This document shows positions 36,378 to 45,813 of a DNA stretch of 64,000 bases, piece by piece. The number at the start of each line of letters is the position of its first letter. Positions within the stretch are counted from its first letter, which is position 1. A program made the position numbers and the translations under genes. The stretch is from Verrucomicrobiia bacterium. Lineage in GTDB: Bacteria; Verrucomicrobiota; Verrucomicrobiia; Palsa-1439. The notes under the pieces are model-generated. The model was given only the letters and a program-made list of their open reading frames with translations, was not told where the DNA came from and did not search any database. Location: assembly GCA_041495285.1 (NCBI GenBank), contig JBGQCJ010000001.1:73182-137181 (forward strand). The letters are read 5' to 3'.

Positions 36378-37382
36378 CTATGGCCCGTTGGTATAGCTTC
36401 CCATGGATAGATCGCCTTGCGGCGGTGTGTTCAAGACCACCGGCACATAAAAGTAGGCGGCGTCCTTGGTTAGCGCGACATAGTTAGTGCCCAAGTGGCC
36501 GAACACATGAGAGTAATCGGCGACGTTGTTGGTCGCGCCGTAGCCGTACACGAACCGGTATCGAGAATTGTTAGCCACCGTGCTTGAACCACCAAAGATA
36601 CCGCAATTCGGTGCGTTCACTGCGTTTTGACCGGCTTTAGCTCCGACCGCCACGGTATTGGTGCAGTTTACAGCGGAGGCATGCGCACTGCTGCCGATGG
36701 CCACCGAAGACGGACACGATGACGCGGAGGATTCGGCACTGGCTCCCACTGCCACAGCAGAACCACAGGAGGTTGCGCCGGATTGAGCCGACTGGCCTAC
36801 GGCAACGGACGTCGTGCAATTTGAAGCGCCGGTTTGGCTATTCTGCCCGATGGCTACCGACCACAGGCCGCCAGCAGCTCCTTTCTGCGCCTGATAGCCA
36901 ATAGCAACGGAGATTGCACAGGCGGACGCCTGAGCCTGCGCCGCGTATCCAACCGCAACGGAAGAGCTGCAGTTCGTTGCCTGCCACTGAGCGAGCCCTC
37001 CAAGCGCTTCGGCACTAAAGCAGCCGGCAGCGTCCAGTTGCGACCACGGCCCGGCAGCAAGAGATGCACTGCAATTGTTGGCCTGGTATTGTGAGTACAT
37101 GCCGAGGGCGGTGGACTGCCAGCAATTCGAAGCCAAAGAATGCGCGTACAATCCCGCCGCAAGGCTGGAGTCGGATGCTGATGCGCCCACCGCAGCTTGA
37201 TCGCCGTAGCCGGTAGCGTTGACAAACCCGCTGACGACCTCATTGCTGGATACACCCAAGTTGCCCTGCACATTCAGGTCGCCTGCCCATGCACAACACC
37301 CTGCCAGCCCCATAGCGAGTGCGACTACCGCTGGGAATCCTAAACTGTCTCTTCTTGTTTTCATAGCTGCTCTCCTTTTCAT
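36378..37382 (-). CDS. Secreted Cys-punctuated repeat protein with YadA-head-like 'SVA(I/V)G' repeats
   Basis: Signal peptide followed by at least 10 tandem ~17-20-aa units, each with 'N/S-C-[ST]..SVA[VI]G..AQ/AS'. Confidence 0.5.
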   Translation of the reverse strand: MKRRAAMKTRRDSLGFPAVVALAMGLAGCCAWAGDLNVQGNLGVSSNEVVSGFVNATGYGDQAAVGASASDSSLAAGLYAHSLASNCWQSTALGMYSQYQANNCSASLAAGPWSQLDAAGCFSAEALGGLAQWQATNCSSSVAVGYAAQAQASACAISVAIGYQAQKGAAGGLWSVAIGQNSQTGASNCTTSVAVGQSAQSGATSCGSAVAVGASAESSASSCPSSVAIGSSAHASAVNCTNTVAVGAKAGQNAVNAPNCGIFGGSSTVANNSRYRFVYGYGATNNVADYSHVFGHLGTNYVALTKDAAYFYVPVVLNTPPQGDLSMGSYTNGP

Positions 37383-38629
37383 GGAATTGTGACTGTACCT
37401 ACAGGTTTGAGGGTGACCGTCTTGGCTTGTGGATCAAAGGTCGTCTCACTGTATTGTCCCGACGCGATTTCCACGCTGTCGCCACTGAATGAGGCGGAGA
37501 TTGCCGCTTGAATATTGTGTTTCGGGCCGTGGTTGCCGGTGACTATCGGAGTCAAACCATCGTAACCGTTATCGCCGGTGCTGCTGTTGGCATACAGCGT
37601 CACATTCTTGCTCAGCGGATCGGTCGGATCGGTGCCGCGTCTATATTCATCGAGGTTGCTGATTCCGTCACCATCGAGGTCAGAATCGGCGTCATCGGGG
37701 TTTCCGGGGTCAAGCCCGTACTGATTCTCCCACCAGTCGGGCATGAAGTCCTCATCAGTATCAAGGCTACCCGAAGGGCCTGAACAGAAAAGCGTCTGAG
37801 CCAATGGCCGCTGCTCGACGCCCCAGCGACCGACGAAACCGCGCACGGTGTAACAGTCCGCCGGTAAGTCGTAAATCTGGTACACGCCATCAGAGCCGGT
37901 CTTCATGCCGACGAACACGCCGGTATCCTTGCCGAGGAATCGAACCCGCGCGTCGGCGAGAAGATTACCCAGCGCATCGCGCAGCACGCCTGAAGTCGTG
38001 AGACTGTTCTTTGGTTTGTGCCATGAAATCGAAACGTTGTTCGTCACACCGGCAGTCAGCGCCGGCAACGGCACCACCCGCTCGTCGAAGTAAAAACCGT
38101 CTTGATAGATCAATCGCATCGTCTGCTGATACTTCGGCAATTCGGGAATGAGGAACGTCCCATTCGTCGCCACGTCCACTTCCGTCGCGTTGACCTCGAC
38201 TCTGAACTTGGTCAGATCGGTTGTGCCGTTGGTAATCGTGATCGTCCCCGACAACGCTGCCGCCGGCCCGGCGCGAAAGATCACTTCGTTGGTCGGAGTC
38301 AGTGTGCTCAAGCGCACAATTCCTTTCATTGGCACGACGCCATTCACAGGCAATTCCAGTATTTGCAACTCGCCGGAAAGCTCTCCTCCGAGGTCACCAA
38401 AATCGAATTCTCCATTTGCATCTGAATTCGTGCTGACCAAGGTAGGCAAGGCGTCAACGGGCAAGGACAGTGTCGCGTATAGAAAGTCGATGGTAACACC
38501 GGCCACCGTTTGGGTGCTGGTGCCATCAAAGACTTTGCCATGGACTCGGAAGCTGCTGGCATCGACGCTCACATCCAACAGGAATAGCGAAATGCCAACG
38601 ATAAACGCATGCGAGAGTTTCTTGTTCAT
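37379..38629 (-). CDS. Secreted protein with carboxypeptidase-regulatory-like beta-sandwich domains, thrombospondin type-3 Ca-binding repeats and a truncated beta-helix start
   Basis: 'DTDEDFMPDWWENQYGLDPGNPDDADSDLDGDGISNLDEY' are TSP3 repeats. Two 'R..G.V.D...G.....TNSDANGEF' CarbopepD_reg-like units. Confidence 0.45.
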   Translation of the reverse strand: MNKKLSHAFIVGISLFLLDVSVDASSFRVHGKVFDGTSTQTVAGVTIDFLYATLSLPVDALPTLVSTNSDANGEFDFGDLGGELSGELQILELPVNGVVPMKGIVRLSTLTPTNEVIFRAGPAAALSGTITITNGTTDLTKFRVEVNATEVDVATNGTFLIPELPKYQQTMRLIYQDGFYFDERVVPLPALTAGVTNNVSISWHKPKNSLTTSGVLRDALGNLLADARVRFLGKDTGVFVGMKTGSDGVYQIYDLPADCYTVRGFVGRWGVEQRPLAQTLFCSGPSGSLDTDEDFMPDWWENQYGLDPGNPDDADSDLDGDGISNLDEYRRGTDPTDPLSKNVTLYANSSTGDNGYDGLTPIVTGNHGPKHNIQAAISASFSGDSVEIASGQYSETTFDPQAKTVTLKPVGTVTIP

Positions 38630-39066
38630 AGTAATGACTCCGCTTCGTTGTATTTCCGCTCGTTCTGAATACCGATGACCTTATCGCCGACGTGAACCGA
38701 TCCACTCTTTCGTTCAAAAATTGCCCTTCTCTTGTTGTCTCCATCGTAGGCCCCCATTGTTCTAACCCTTCCTACGATTCTACTTTCGCGGATTACTAGC
38801 AGCACTACGCCATCGTGTTGCGGCGGGGGCATCGTCCCGAAATCGATTCCAACGGTGTCTTGATCCACCCACTTAACAACTCCGGTTCCGTAGTAGGATT
38901 CACGGGAACGGTCCGGTCCCGCTTTGCCATACGTGCGCATCGCAAACTCGTGCACCGAACAGCCCATCTCCAAGACACAAGCCAGAACCGTAACAAGGCG
39001 AAGCCGCCATGCATATCGGCTGATACTGTCGCCGATGGCCTCAAGGTTGAATGAACAAACTTTCAT
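38626..39066 (-). CDS. Hypothetical protein
   Basis: 146-aa ORF in tight 4-nt overlaps with both neighbours. No motifs. Confidence 0.3.
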   Translation of the reverse strand: MKVCSFNLEAIGDSISRYAWRLRLVTVLACVLEMGCSVHEFAMRTYGKAGPDRSRESYYGTGVVKWVDQDTVGIDFGTMPPPQHDGVVLLVIRESRIVGRVRTMGAYDGDNKRRAIFERKSGSVHVGDKVIGIQNERKYNEAESLL

Positions 39067-41770
39067 CGCTCCCTAAGAGTTGTTCGAACAGTTCTCCCGT
39101 CCGTGGATTCGGCCCGGGAAGTTCAAAATGGACGACGCCATTGATAACGCGATTGGTATTGGACGCGTTCAAATTGCGGGCACTCGCGGAGGGCACAATT
39201 GCATCGCTGTTCGAGGCGCGAAGATCACTCGGCGCCGGGGCGGTCAAAGTAAAGCCCGCAATGATTCTAAACATCCCCGTCTCAAAACTGTTCCATAGAG
39301 AACCCCCTGCTGCGATTCCTTCGATGGGAGCATACGCCACCGGTATCGGCGCAAGCGCATTAAGCGCCACGGATTTCGATGGCGCCGGGCTTCCGCTCAA
39401 CGGGTGCGGCCCATACGCTGCAAGATCGATCAGCGACATGCCTTGTGGGCCGGCGTCTCCCGGGTCTGTCAGCGCAATCGCGTGAAATCCCAATATCTGT
39501 TCCACTCCACTCCAGACGCGGCGCTGAATATCGCCCGGCTCGCTTCGACGATTGATGCCGTTGTTGACCATTCGAATCGCCGCGCGACTCCAATCCGTTC
39601 CAGTGTGTGGGGTACCCAGGGTGATGAACCGCCGAATGTCCCCAATACCGAAATTATCCGGTCTTATGAACTCGTGTTCTGCCGCACGCGGCTGAGATAC
39701 GATCAGGCTTGTCTTGAAGAGCGGCGCAGGATCAGCACCCACGCTCCGATCTGCCCTATTCGGCAAGTCGGTACTGCGAGTCATATACCATCGCGTCACC
39801 AGACCGCCCATGCTGTGGGCAACCACGTCGACACGGGTTGCGGCAATGCCTTGGTTCTGCCGCATATCGACGAGTGCGTTATGAATCGTTTGAGGTGCGT
39901 TCTGAAATATCACATCCAAACCATAGGCACTTTGGTCATGATAGTCGGCCTTATACTTATCCACTTGAATGTTTGCTGCTTGGAGAGCGTCAACGAAATC
40001 GTCCCATCTCTCTTGCCCTGAAATCCACCCATGCACCAGCACGAGCGGCGGTTTGCGGAGAGTGAGGGTTTTAGTGGCGACCACATCGTTGCTCGGATTG
40101 TGCAACTCGATTTGGATGTTGTGCTCCTTTGAGCCGCTGCCGAATGCCCAACTCGGCGGAGAACGGTAGAAGATGGCGGTATCGTTTGCGCCGAGTGCGA
40201 GGTTGGTGTTGCCGGGATAGGCCAGCGTAGCCGGCAGCTGTGGCAACGAGTTATCACTCCCGTGATGGAGGCTGCCGAGTTGCGCCGCGTCATTGGTGGA
40301 CGAGACCGAATCCTTAACACCCACCTTCCAGCCGGCGTACGAGCAAGGATTTGATGAAAGTTGGACGACGATCAACGACGCACCATCGGTGAGCGCTCCG
40401 ACGCGGTTAAACGAACTCTGCACTGTGTTGGTGATCGGAGTTTGCAGCGAGGGAGTGCTGCCGATCAGTTGCGGTTGGAATCCTTGTGCATCCACCAGCT
40501 TTACCGAATAGTCGTTGTACCAAACCTTCCAAGTGATGCTGACATTTTGCCAACCGATATTCCCGCAACAGTTTGTGTCATCGGTTGCAGTAATGTCCAC
40601 TTGGAGCCGCTTTCCGACAATGGTTACCTTTTCCGGTGGAATTACGGTGCCCGGCTGATGTCTATTGGCGGGCCGGCGACACGATCCGCCGATCGTTACG
40701 GGAAGTCCGGCAATTGTGCCTTCGTCATCAAAAAAGGAATCGTTAATGACCACCTGAAAATGGTCCGCAGTCGGCTGAAAAGGAAATTCATCGCTCTGCA
40801 AAATATCGGTGATTGTCTTTCCGCACCCTGGTGACCCTTTATTACCAATCCAGTCCGATCGGGTGTATGTCTTGGTCTGGCTGACGATACAGCCCGATCC
40901 TGTTTGCATCAAGCTTGTGGCTTGAGTCACTGCATTGCTTGAGCCACCAGAAGGATAACTATTCGGATCGTTCGGGTTGGTGCCGGCATCGACTTCCATG
41001 AAATCCGGAACGCCGTCCCCATCGGAATCAGCATAGTATAAGGCCAGCAGTTCGTTCGTGCTCAGCGCCGCGCCGTAGATTCGCACGTCATCCAACTGTC
41101 CGGCCAGTAACCCAATCCGTAGCGGGTCGGTGACTGTATCCACGGTGCCGCTGGCTGCCGCGCTGCCGGCGAGCGTCGCGTCTAAGTACACGTTGATAGC
41201 GGTGCCGTCATAGACTCCGGCCACTTGGTGCCAATTCGTGTCCGTCAAGCCGCTCGACCCCGTGACTGCCGTGTAGTTGCCGCCAAGCATCAATTCCAGT
41301 TTGGGAAGGCCGTTGGTCAACGACAACAGATAACTGCCGGCTACCTGATTCGTGCTCCATTTGGCCACAACCTCGCTGGTCAGATTCGTCGCCGCCTTCA
41401 CCCACGCCGCGACGGTTAACGCGTTGGTCGGAATCAGCCCGGCATCGTGCGGCACCTGCACTTCATTCTGAATTCCATCGAAGCTCAACGCGTTGGAACT
41501 CACGCCACTCGTCCATGTCGGAAGCGGATTGCCTTCGAGTGTCCCGTGCCAGGCGTTGCTCGACACGTCTACCACGTTCGTGCCCGCGCCTTCATCCAAC
41601 GGCCAGCGACCGACAAGGTTGTCCTCGGCATATCCCGGCCATTGCAGAATGACGATCAGAAGTGCAGTGAGAAAAAATTTCTGCTGGATGAAACGACTGC
41701 GAGAGAACCGAGTGGCGATTGACCGTCGTCTTTGCTTTCCCCTTGCGCCCCTTTTGTCTCTCTCGCACAT
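39041..41770 (-). CDS. Large secreted LamG(ConA-like)-TSP3-alpha/beta-hydrolase (lipase/esterase) protein
   Basis: Signal peptide, then a LamG-like region ('SNALSFDGIQNEVQVPHD...LTVAAWVKA'). 'DSDGDGVPDFMEVDAGTNPNDPNS' is TSP3. The lipase core is 'PLVLVHGW...VDVVAHSMGGLVTRWYM' (GXSXG nucleophile elbow). Confidence 0.6.
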   Translation of the reverse strand: MCERDKRGARGKQRRRSIATRFSRSRFIQQKFFLTALLIVILQWPGYAEDNLVGRWPLDEGAGTNVVDVSSNAWHGTLEGNPLPTWTSGVSSNALSFDGIQNEVQVPHDAGLIPTNALTVAAWVKAATNLTSEVVAKWSTNQVAGSYLLSLTNGLPKLELMLGGNYTAVTGSSGLTDTNWHQVAGVYDGTAINVYLDATLAGSAAASGTVDTVTDPLRIGLLAGQLDDVRIYGAALSTNELLALYYADSDGDGVPDFMEVDAGTNPNDPNSYPSGGSSNAVTQATSLMQTGSGCIVSQTKTYTRSDWIGNKGSPGCGKTITDILQSDEFPFQPTADHFQVVINDSFFDDEGTIAGLPVTIGGSCRRPANRHQPGTVIPPEKVTIVGKRLQVDITATDDTNCCGNIGWQNVSITWKVWYNDYSVKLVDAQGFQPQLIGSTPSLQTPITNTVQSSFNRVGALTDGASLIVVQLSSNPCSYAGWKVGVKDSVSSTNDAAQLGSLHHGSDNSLPQLPATLAYPGNTNLALGANDTAIFYRSPPSWAFGSGSKEHNIQIELHNPSNDVVATKTLTLRKPPLVLVHGWISGQERWDDFVDALQAANIQVDKYKADYHDQSAYGLDVIFQNAPQTIHNALVDMRQNQGIAATRVDVVAHSMGGLVTRWYMTRSTDLPNRADRSVGADPAPLFKTSLIVSQPRAAEHEFIRPDNFGIGDIRRFITLGTPHTGTDWSRAAIRMVNNGINRRSEPGDIQRRVWSGVEQILGFHAIALTDPGDAGPQGMSLIDLAAYGPHPLSGSPAPSKSVALNALAPIPVAYAPIEGIAAGGSLWNSFETGMFRIIAGFTLTAPAPSDLRASNSDAIVPSASARNLNASNTNRVINGVVHFELPGPNPRTGELFEQLLGSDESLFIQP

Positions 41771-41955
41771 GGTCGCAGCCTTGGCCACCGCGACACTCAA
41801 ACACCTGTTAGCCTTATACACCCCCCCCCTGCACAAACTGTCAACAACGAAATGAGTTTCTTTTTCCAAGAAGCAAATGCTCCCTTCAGCGCTCCCGGCA
41901 ACAATTTCCTTCCGCGTCGCATCCAAGCAATAGTAAGGTTGCTCCGTCGCGAGTC

Positions 41956-43479
41956 ATGCAACAGCCCACTCTCTCAACCAACCCGCTCCGGGAGGGAATT
42001 GACACACGTCACGCCGTCGAACCGTGCGCCGTGGTAATTTTCGGTGCGACCGGCGATCTCACTCACCGCAAACTCGTGCCGGCCTTGTACAACCTCGCAC
42101 ACGAAGGCCAGCTTCCGCATTCCTTCGCCGTCGTCGGTTTCGCGCGGCGACCGAAAACGCACGACGAATTTCGGGCCGAACTCCGGCAAGCCGTCGAACA
42201 ATTTGCCCGCTTTCAACCAATCAATCCGGCCGTCTGGGACGCGCTCGCACAGGGAATCTTTTACCACCGGTCTGAATTCGCTGACGCAAAAGGATACGCA
42301 ACGTTGGCAAAGTTTCTGGAGCAACTCGACCGTGAGCGTGGCACCGCGGGCCACCGGCTCTACTATCTCGCGACGGCACCGACAGAGTTTGAGACGATCA
42401 TTAAACAACTCGGCGCCCACCACGAGACCGACCATGCGCGCATCGTGATCGAGAAGCCATTTGGTCGCAGCCTCGCGACGGCGCAAGAACTCAACCGGGT
42501 GCTCGCCGGCGTGTTCGACGAACCGCAGATTCTCCGCATCGACCACTATCTCGGCAAGGAAACTGTTCAGAATATTCTCGCGCTCCGATTCGCCAACGAG
42601 ATTTTCGAGCCGCTGTGGAACTCGAAATATGTGGATCATGTTCAAATTACCGTGGCGGAGTCGCTCGGAGTTGAAGGCCGGGGCGGTTACTACGACCAGT
42701 CCGGCGCGCTGCGCGACATGGTGCAGAACCACATGATGCAGTTGCTCGCGCTCACGGCCATGGAGCCCCCGATCTCACTGGAGTCGGAGGTCATCCGCGA
42801 CGAGAAGGTGAAGGTGCTGCGTGCGATTCGACCGATTCCGCCCGACCAAGTCGCGCAATTCACCGTCCGCGGCCAATACGCGCGCGGTTCGCTGGCCGGC
42901 AAGCCGGTGACAGCCTACCGCGAGGAGAAGAATGTCGCACCCGATTCGCGTACCGAGACCTACCTGGCGCTGAAGCTGTTTATCGACAACTGGCGCTGGG
43001 CCGGTGTGCCGTTCTACCTGCGTCACGGCAAGCGGCTCCCGAAAGGCGTTGCCGAGATCGCCATCCAATTCAAAGCGCCGCCGGCAGTGCTCTTTGCCAC
43101 CGAAAACGTCGCGCCGCTGCAACCCAACGTACTGGTGCTACGCATCCAGCCGGACGAAGGCATTGCGATCCGCATGAACGCGAAGGTGCCGGGCACGACA
43201 TTGAACATCCAGCCGGTCAAGATGGATTTCCGGTACGGCGGCAGTTTCGGTGCGCGTTCGCCCGAAGCGTACGAGCGGCTGCTTCACGACGCGCTGGCCG
43301 GCGATGCGACGTTGTTCATTCGCCGGGACGAAACCGAGCGGTCGTGGGCGATCATGGACGCGGTGCTGGAAGGCTGGCAGAGTGCACCGCCTCCGTTCGC
43401 GTATGAGTCCGGAACATGGGGGCCGGTTGAGGCCGACGCGTTCATTGAAAAGGACGGAAGGCAATGGCAACGACCGTAG
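41956..43479 (+). CDS. zwf: Glucose-6-phosphate 1-dehydrogenase
   Basis: 'VIFGATGDLTHRKL' NADP motif and 'RIDHYLGKE' active-site motif. Confidence 0.9.
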   Translation: MQQPTLSTNPLREGIDTRHAVEPCAVVIFGATGDLTHRKLVPALYNLAHEGQLPHSFAVVGFARRPKTHDEFRAELRQAVEQFARFQPINPAVWDALAQGIFYHRSEFADAKGYATLAKFLEQLDRERGTAGHRLYYLATAPTEFETIIKQLGAHHETDHARIVIEKPFGRSLATAQELNRVLAGVFDEPQILRIDHYLGKETVQNILALRFANEIFEPLWNSKYVDHVQITVAESLGVEGRGGYYDQSGALRDMVQNHMMQLLALTAMEPPISLESEVIRDEKVKVLRAIRPIPPDQVAQFTVRGQYARGSLAGKPVTAYREEKNVAPDSRTETYLALKLFIDNWRWAGVPFYLRHGKRLPKGVAEIAIQFKAPPAVLFATENVAPLQPNVLVLRIQPDEGIAIRMNAKVPGTTLNIQPVKMDFRYGGSFGARSPEAYERLLHDALAGDATLFIRRDETERSWAIMDAVLEGWQSAPPPFAYESGTWGPVEADAFIEKDGRQWQRP

Positions 43480-44552
43480 AACCTCGACTGGAAACGTTCG
43501 CTGCCGGTGTCGAAACCGCTGTTGATGTGGCCGGCATCGAGCGGCAGCTTCGCGAGTTGTGGCAGTTGGCTGCCGAATCCGAGCAAGACCCATCGCGCCG
43601 GCAGATCACGCGTGCCAGCTTGTTCAACTTCGTCGTCTTCTGCGAGACGGATGCTGCGCGTGATCATGCGACGACGACGATCAGCGAATTGACGAGCCGC
43701 GAGCCGTGCCGGGCCATCGTGTTGCTGGCGAAACCCGACGAACCGCAAAGCGAATTGTCCGCGTCCATCACCGCGCATTGTCACTTGGCAGGCGCCGGTC
43801 AGAAACAGGTTTGCTGCGAGCAGATTTCAATTCGCGCGTCGGGTACCGCCGTCGAACACATCACGTCGGCGGTCTTGCCGCTGCTGGAGTCCGACCTGCC
43901 GATCGTCGTCTGGTGGCAGGGCAACTTTCTCTTGCAGCCGCAACTGTTCACGCGGCTTGGTGTGGTGGCCGACCGGGTCCTGTTCGACACCTCGCTGTGG
44001 GACGCGCCCGAGCAACACCTCGCGGCGCTGGCGAAAACGATTCAGACAATGCCGCACACCAACTTCGGCGACCTGAGTTGGACCCGGCTGGGGTTGTGGC
44101 GCAAACTGACCGCCGAGTTCTTCGACGAACCGCATTGCCGGGCCGAATTGGAGCGCATCCGCTCCGTCGAAGTGGTTCACGGCTGCGGACCGGGTGCACG
44201 ATTGCGCGCCAGGTTGTTTGCCAGTTGGTTTGCGGCGCAACTTGGTTGGCCACCGGTAGATGCCGCGGAGAAAGTCCGGTTGGAAGCGCGCCGCGACACC
44301 GACGCCACGTCCGTCGGTATCCTCTCCGTCACACTGACGAGTCCCGGCGCAACGTTTTGCGTCCGCAAGAATTACGGCGAACGCACCGCCAGCGCCACGG
44401 TGACGATGCCGAACGCTTGCGGCCTCCCGCGCAAGCGTGCCTTCTGGCCGACCGACGACGTTTCCCTGCTCTCGCAAGAACTCGACCATCCCGCCCGGCA
44501 CACCGTGTACGAACGCGCGCTGAAGATGGCGGCTGCCATTCCGCTTTTATGA
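43464..44552 (+). CDS. opcA: OpcA-like glucose-6-phosphate dehydrogenase assembly protein
   Basis: 362-aa ORF immediately downstream of zwf with a 16-nt overlap. This is the conserved zwf-opcA synteny, and the size is typical. Confidence 0.6.
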   Translation: MATTVEPRLETFAAGVETAVDVAGIERQLRELWQLAAESEQDPSRRQITRASLFNFVVFCETDAARDHATTTISELTSREPCRAIVLLAKPDEPQSELSASITAHCHLAGAGQKQVCCEQISIRASGTAVEHITSAVLPLLESDLPIVVWWQGNFLLQPQLFTRLGVVADRVLFDTSLWDAPEQHLAALAKTIQTMPHTNFGDLSWTRLGLWRKLTAEFFDEPHCRAELERIRSVEVVHGCGPGARLRARLFASWFAAQLGWPPVDAAEKVRLEARRDTDATSVGILSVTLTSPGATFCVRKNYGERTASATVTMPNACGLPRKRAFWPTDDVSLLSQELDHPARHTVYERALKMAAAIPLL

Positions 44553-45784
44553 AAGTCCTCGTCATCGGCGGTGGCGGGCGCGAGCATGCGCTGGCGTGGA
44601 AATTGGCGCAGAGTGGCCGGGTCACGAAACTTTTCTGTGCGCCGGGCAATGCCGGTATCGCTCAACTCGCCGAGTGTGTTGCGCCGGCTGATCTCGCGCA
44701 GTTCGCTTCGGAGAAGCAAATCGATCTGACCGTCGTTGGCCCGGAAGCGCCGCTCTGTGCCGGTATCGTGGACGTGTTTCAGGCGAAAGGACTGAGAATC
44801 TTCGGACCGACGAAACGCGCGGCGCAATTGGAAGGCAGCAAGGCATTCTGCAAACGGTTTCTTCTCCAGCACGGCATCCCGACGGCGGACGCCGGTATCT
44901 TCGACAACCCGGTCGCGGCGCGAGATTACGTTCGCCAGCGCGGCGCACCGATCGTGGTGAAAGCGGACGGACTTGCCGCCGGCAAAGGTGTCGTCGTCGC
45001 GCAGACCATCGAAGAGGCCGAGCGTGCGATTGACGACATCATGGTGCAGCGCGCGTTTGGCGAGGCCGGCAAGCTGGTGGTGATCGAAGAATGTCTGACC
45101 GGCGAGGAGACGAGTGTGATGGCGTTGGTGGACGGCAAGACGTTCAAACTATTGCCGGCCGCACAGGATCACAAGCGCGTCGGCGACGGTGATACCGGCC
45201 CGAACACCGGCGGGATGGGCGCGTATTCGCCCACGCCGCGAAAGGTGGACGCGACGGAGATTTTCGAGCGCACGGTGGCCGGCATGAAGGATTACCGGGG
45301 TGTGTTGTATGCGGGGTTGATGGTGACGGAGGCCGGGCCGAAGGTGCTGGAGTTTAATTGCCGGTTCGGCGATCCGGAGACGCAGGTGGTGGTACCGCGC
45401 ATGGATTTTGATTTGGTGGACGCGCTGGAGGCAACGGTGACCGGCCGGCTGGAAGGCGCGCGGTTGGATTGGAAGCGGGAGGCGGCAGTGTGCGTGGTGA
45501 TGGCGGCAGGCGGCTATCCCGGCGCGTACGAACGGGGCCAGGTGATTGAGGGATTGAAAGAGGCGTCGGGATTGGATAACGTGTGCGTGTTTCACGCCGG
45601 CACGAAACGCAATGCCGCCGGCCAGATCGTGACCGACGGCGGGCGCGTGCTGGGTGTGACGGCGTTGGGCGAGGACATCGAAGACGCGGTGCGCAAGGCG
45701 TACGGCGGCGTGGCGCGGATTCGTTTTGACGGGGCGCAGTATCGGCGCGATATTGCCGCCCGCGCGTGGCGTGTGCGGGTCTGA
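44549..45784 (+). CDS. purD: Phosphoribosylamine--glycine ligase
   Basis: 'MKVLVIGGGGREHALAWKL' canonical PurD N-terminus with an ATP-grasp body. The ATG overlaps the opcA stop (ATGA). The upstream 281 aa of the 692-aa track ORF is frame overlap, not coding. Confidence 0.9.
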   Translation: MKVLVIGGGGREHALAWKLAQSGRVTKLFCAPGNAGIAQLAECVAPADLAQFASEKQIDLTVVGPEAPLCAGIVDVFQAKGLRIFGPTKRAAQLEGSKAFCKRFLLQHGIPTADAGIFDNPVAARDYVRQRGAPIVVKADGLAAGKGVVVAQTIEEAERAIDDIMVQRAFGEAGKLVVIEECLTGEETSVMALVDGKTFKLLPAAQDHKRVGDGDTGPNTGGMGAYSPTPRKVDATEIFERTVAGMKDYRGVLYAGLMVTEAGPKVLEFNCRFGDPETQVVVPRMDFDLVDALEATVTGRLEGARLDWKREAAVCVVMAAGGYPGAYERGQVIEGLKEASGLDNVCVFHAGTKRNAAGQIVTDGGRVLGVTALGEDIEDAVRKAYGGVARIRFDGAQYRRDIAARAWRVRV

Positions 45785-45813
45785 AGGTGCCGTCGCGGAA
45801 GGGTCATATAATC

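Noticed and set aside
43706-45784. 692-aa ORF covering opcA 3' half and purD
   Set aside because: The first 281 codons are an alternative frame of opcA with an Arg/Ala-rich, low-complexity translation. The real gene is purD starting at ATG 44549, which overlaps the opcA stop.
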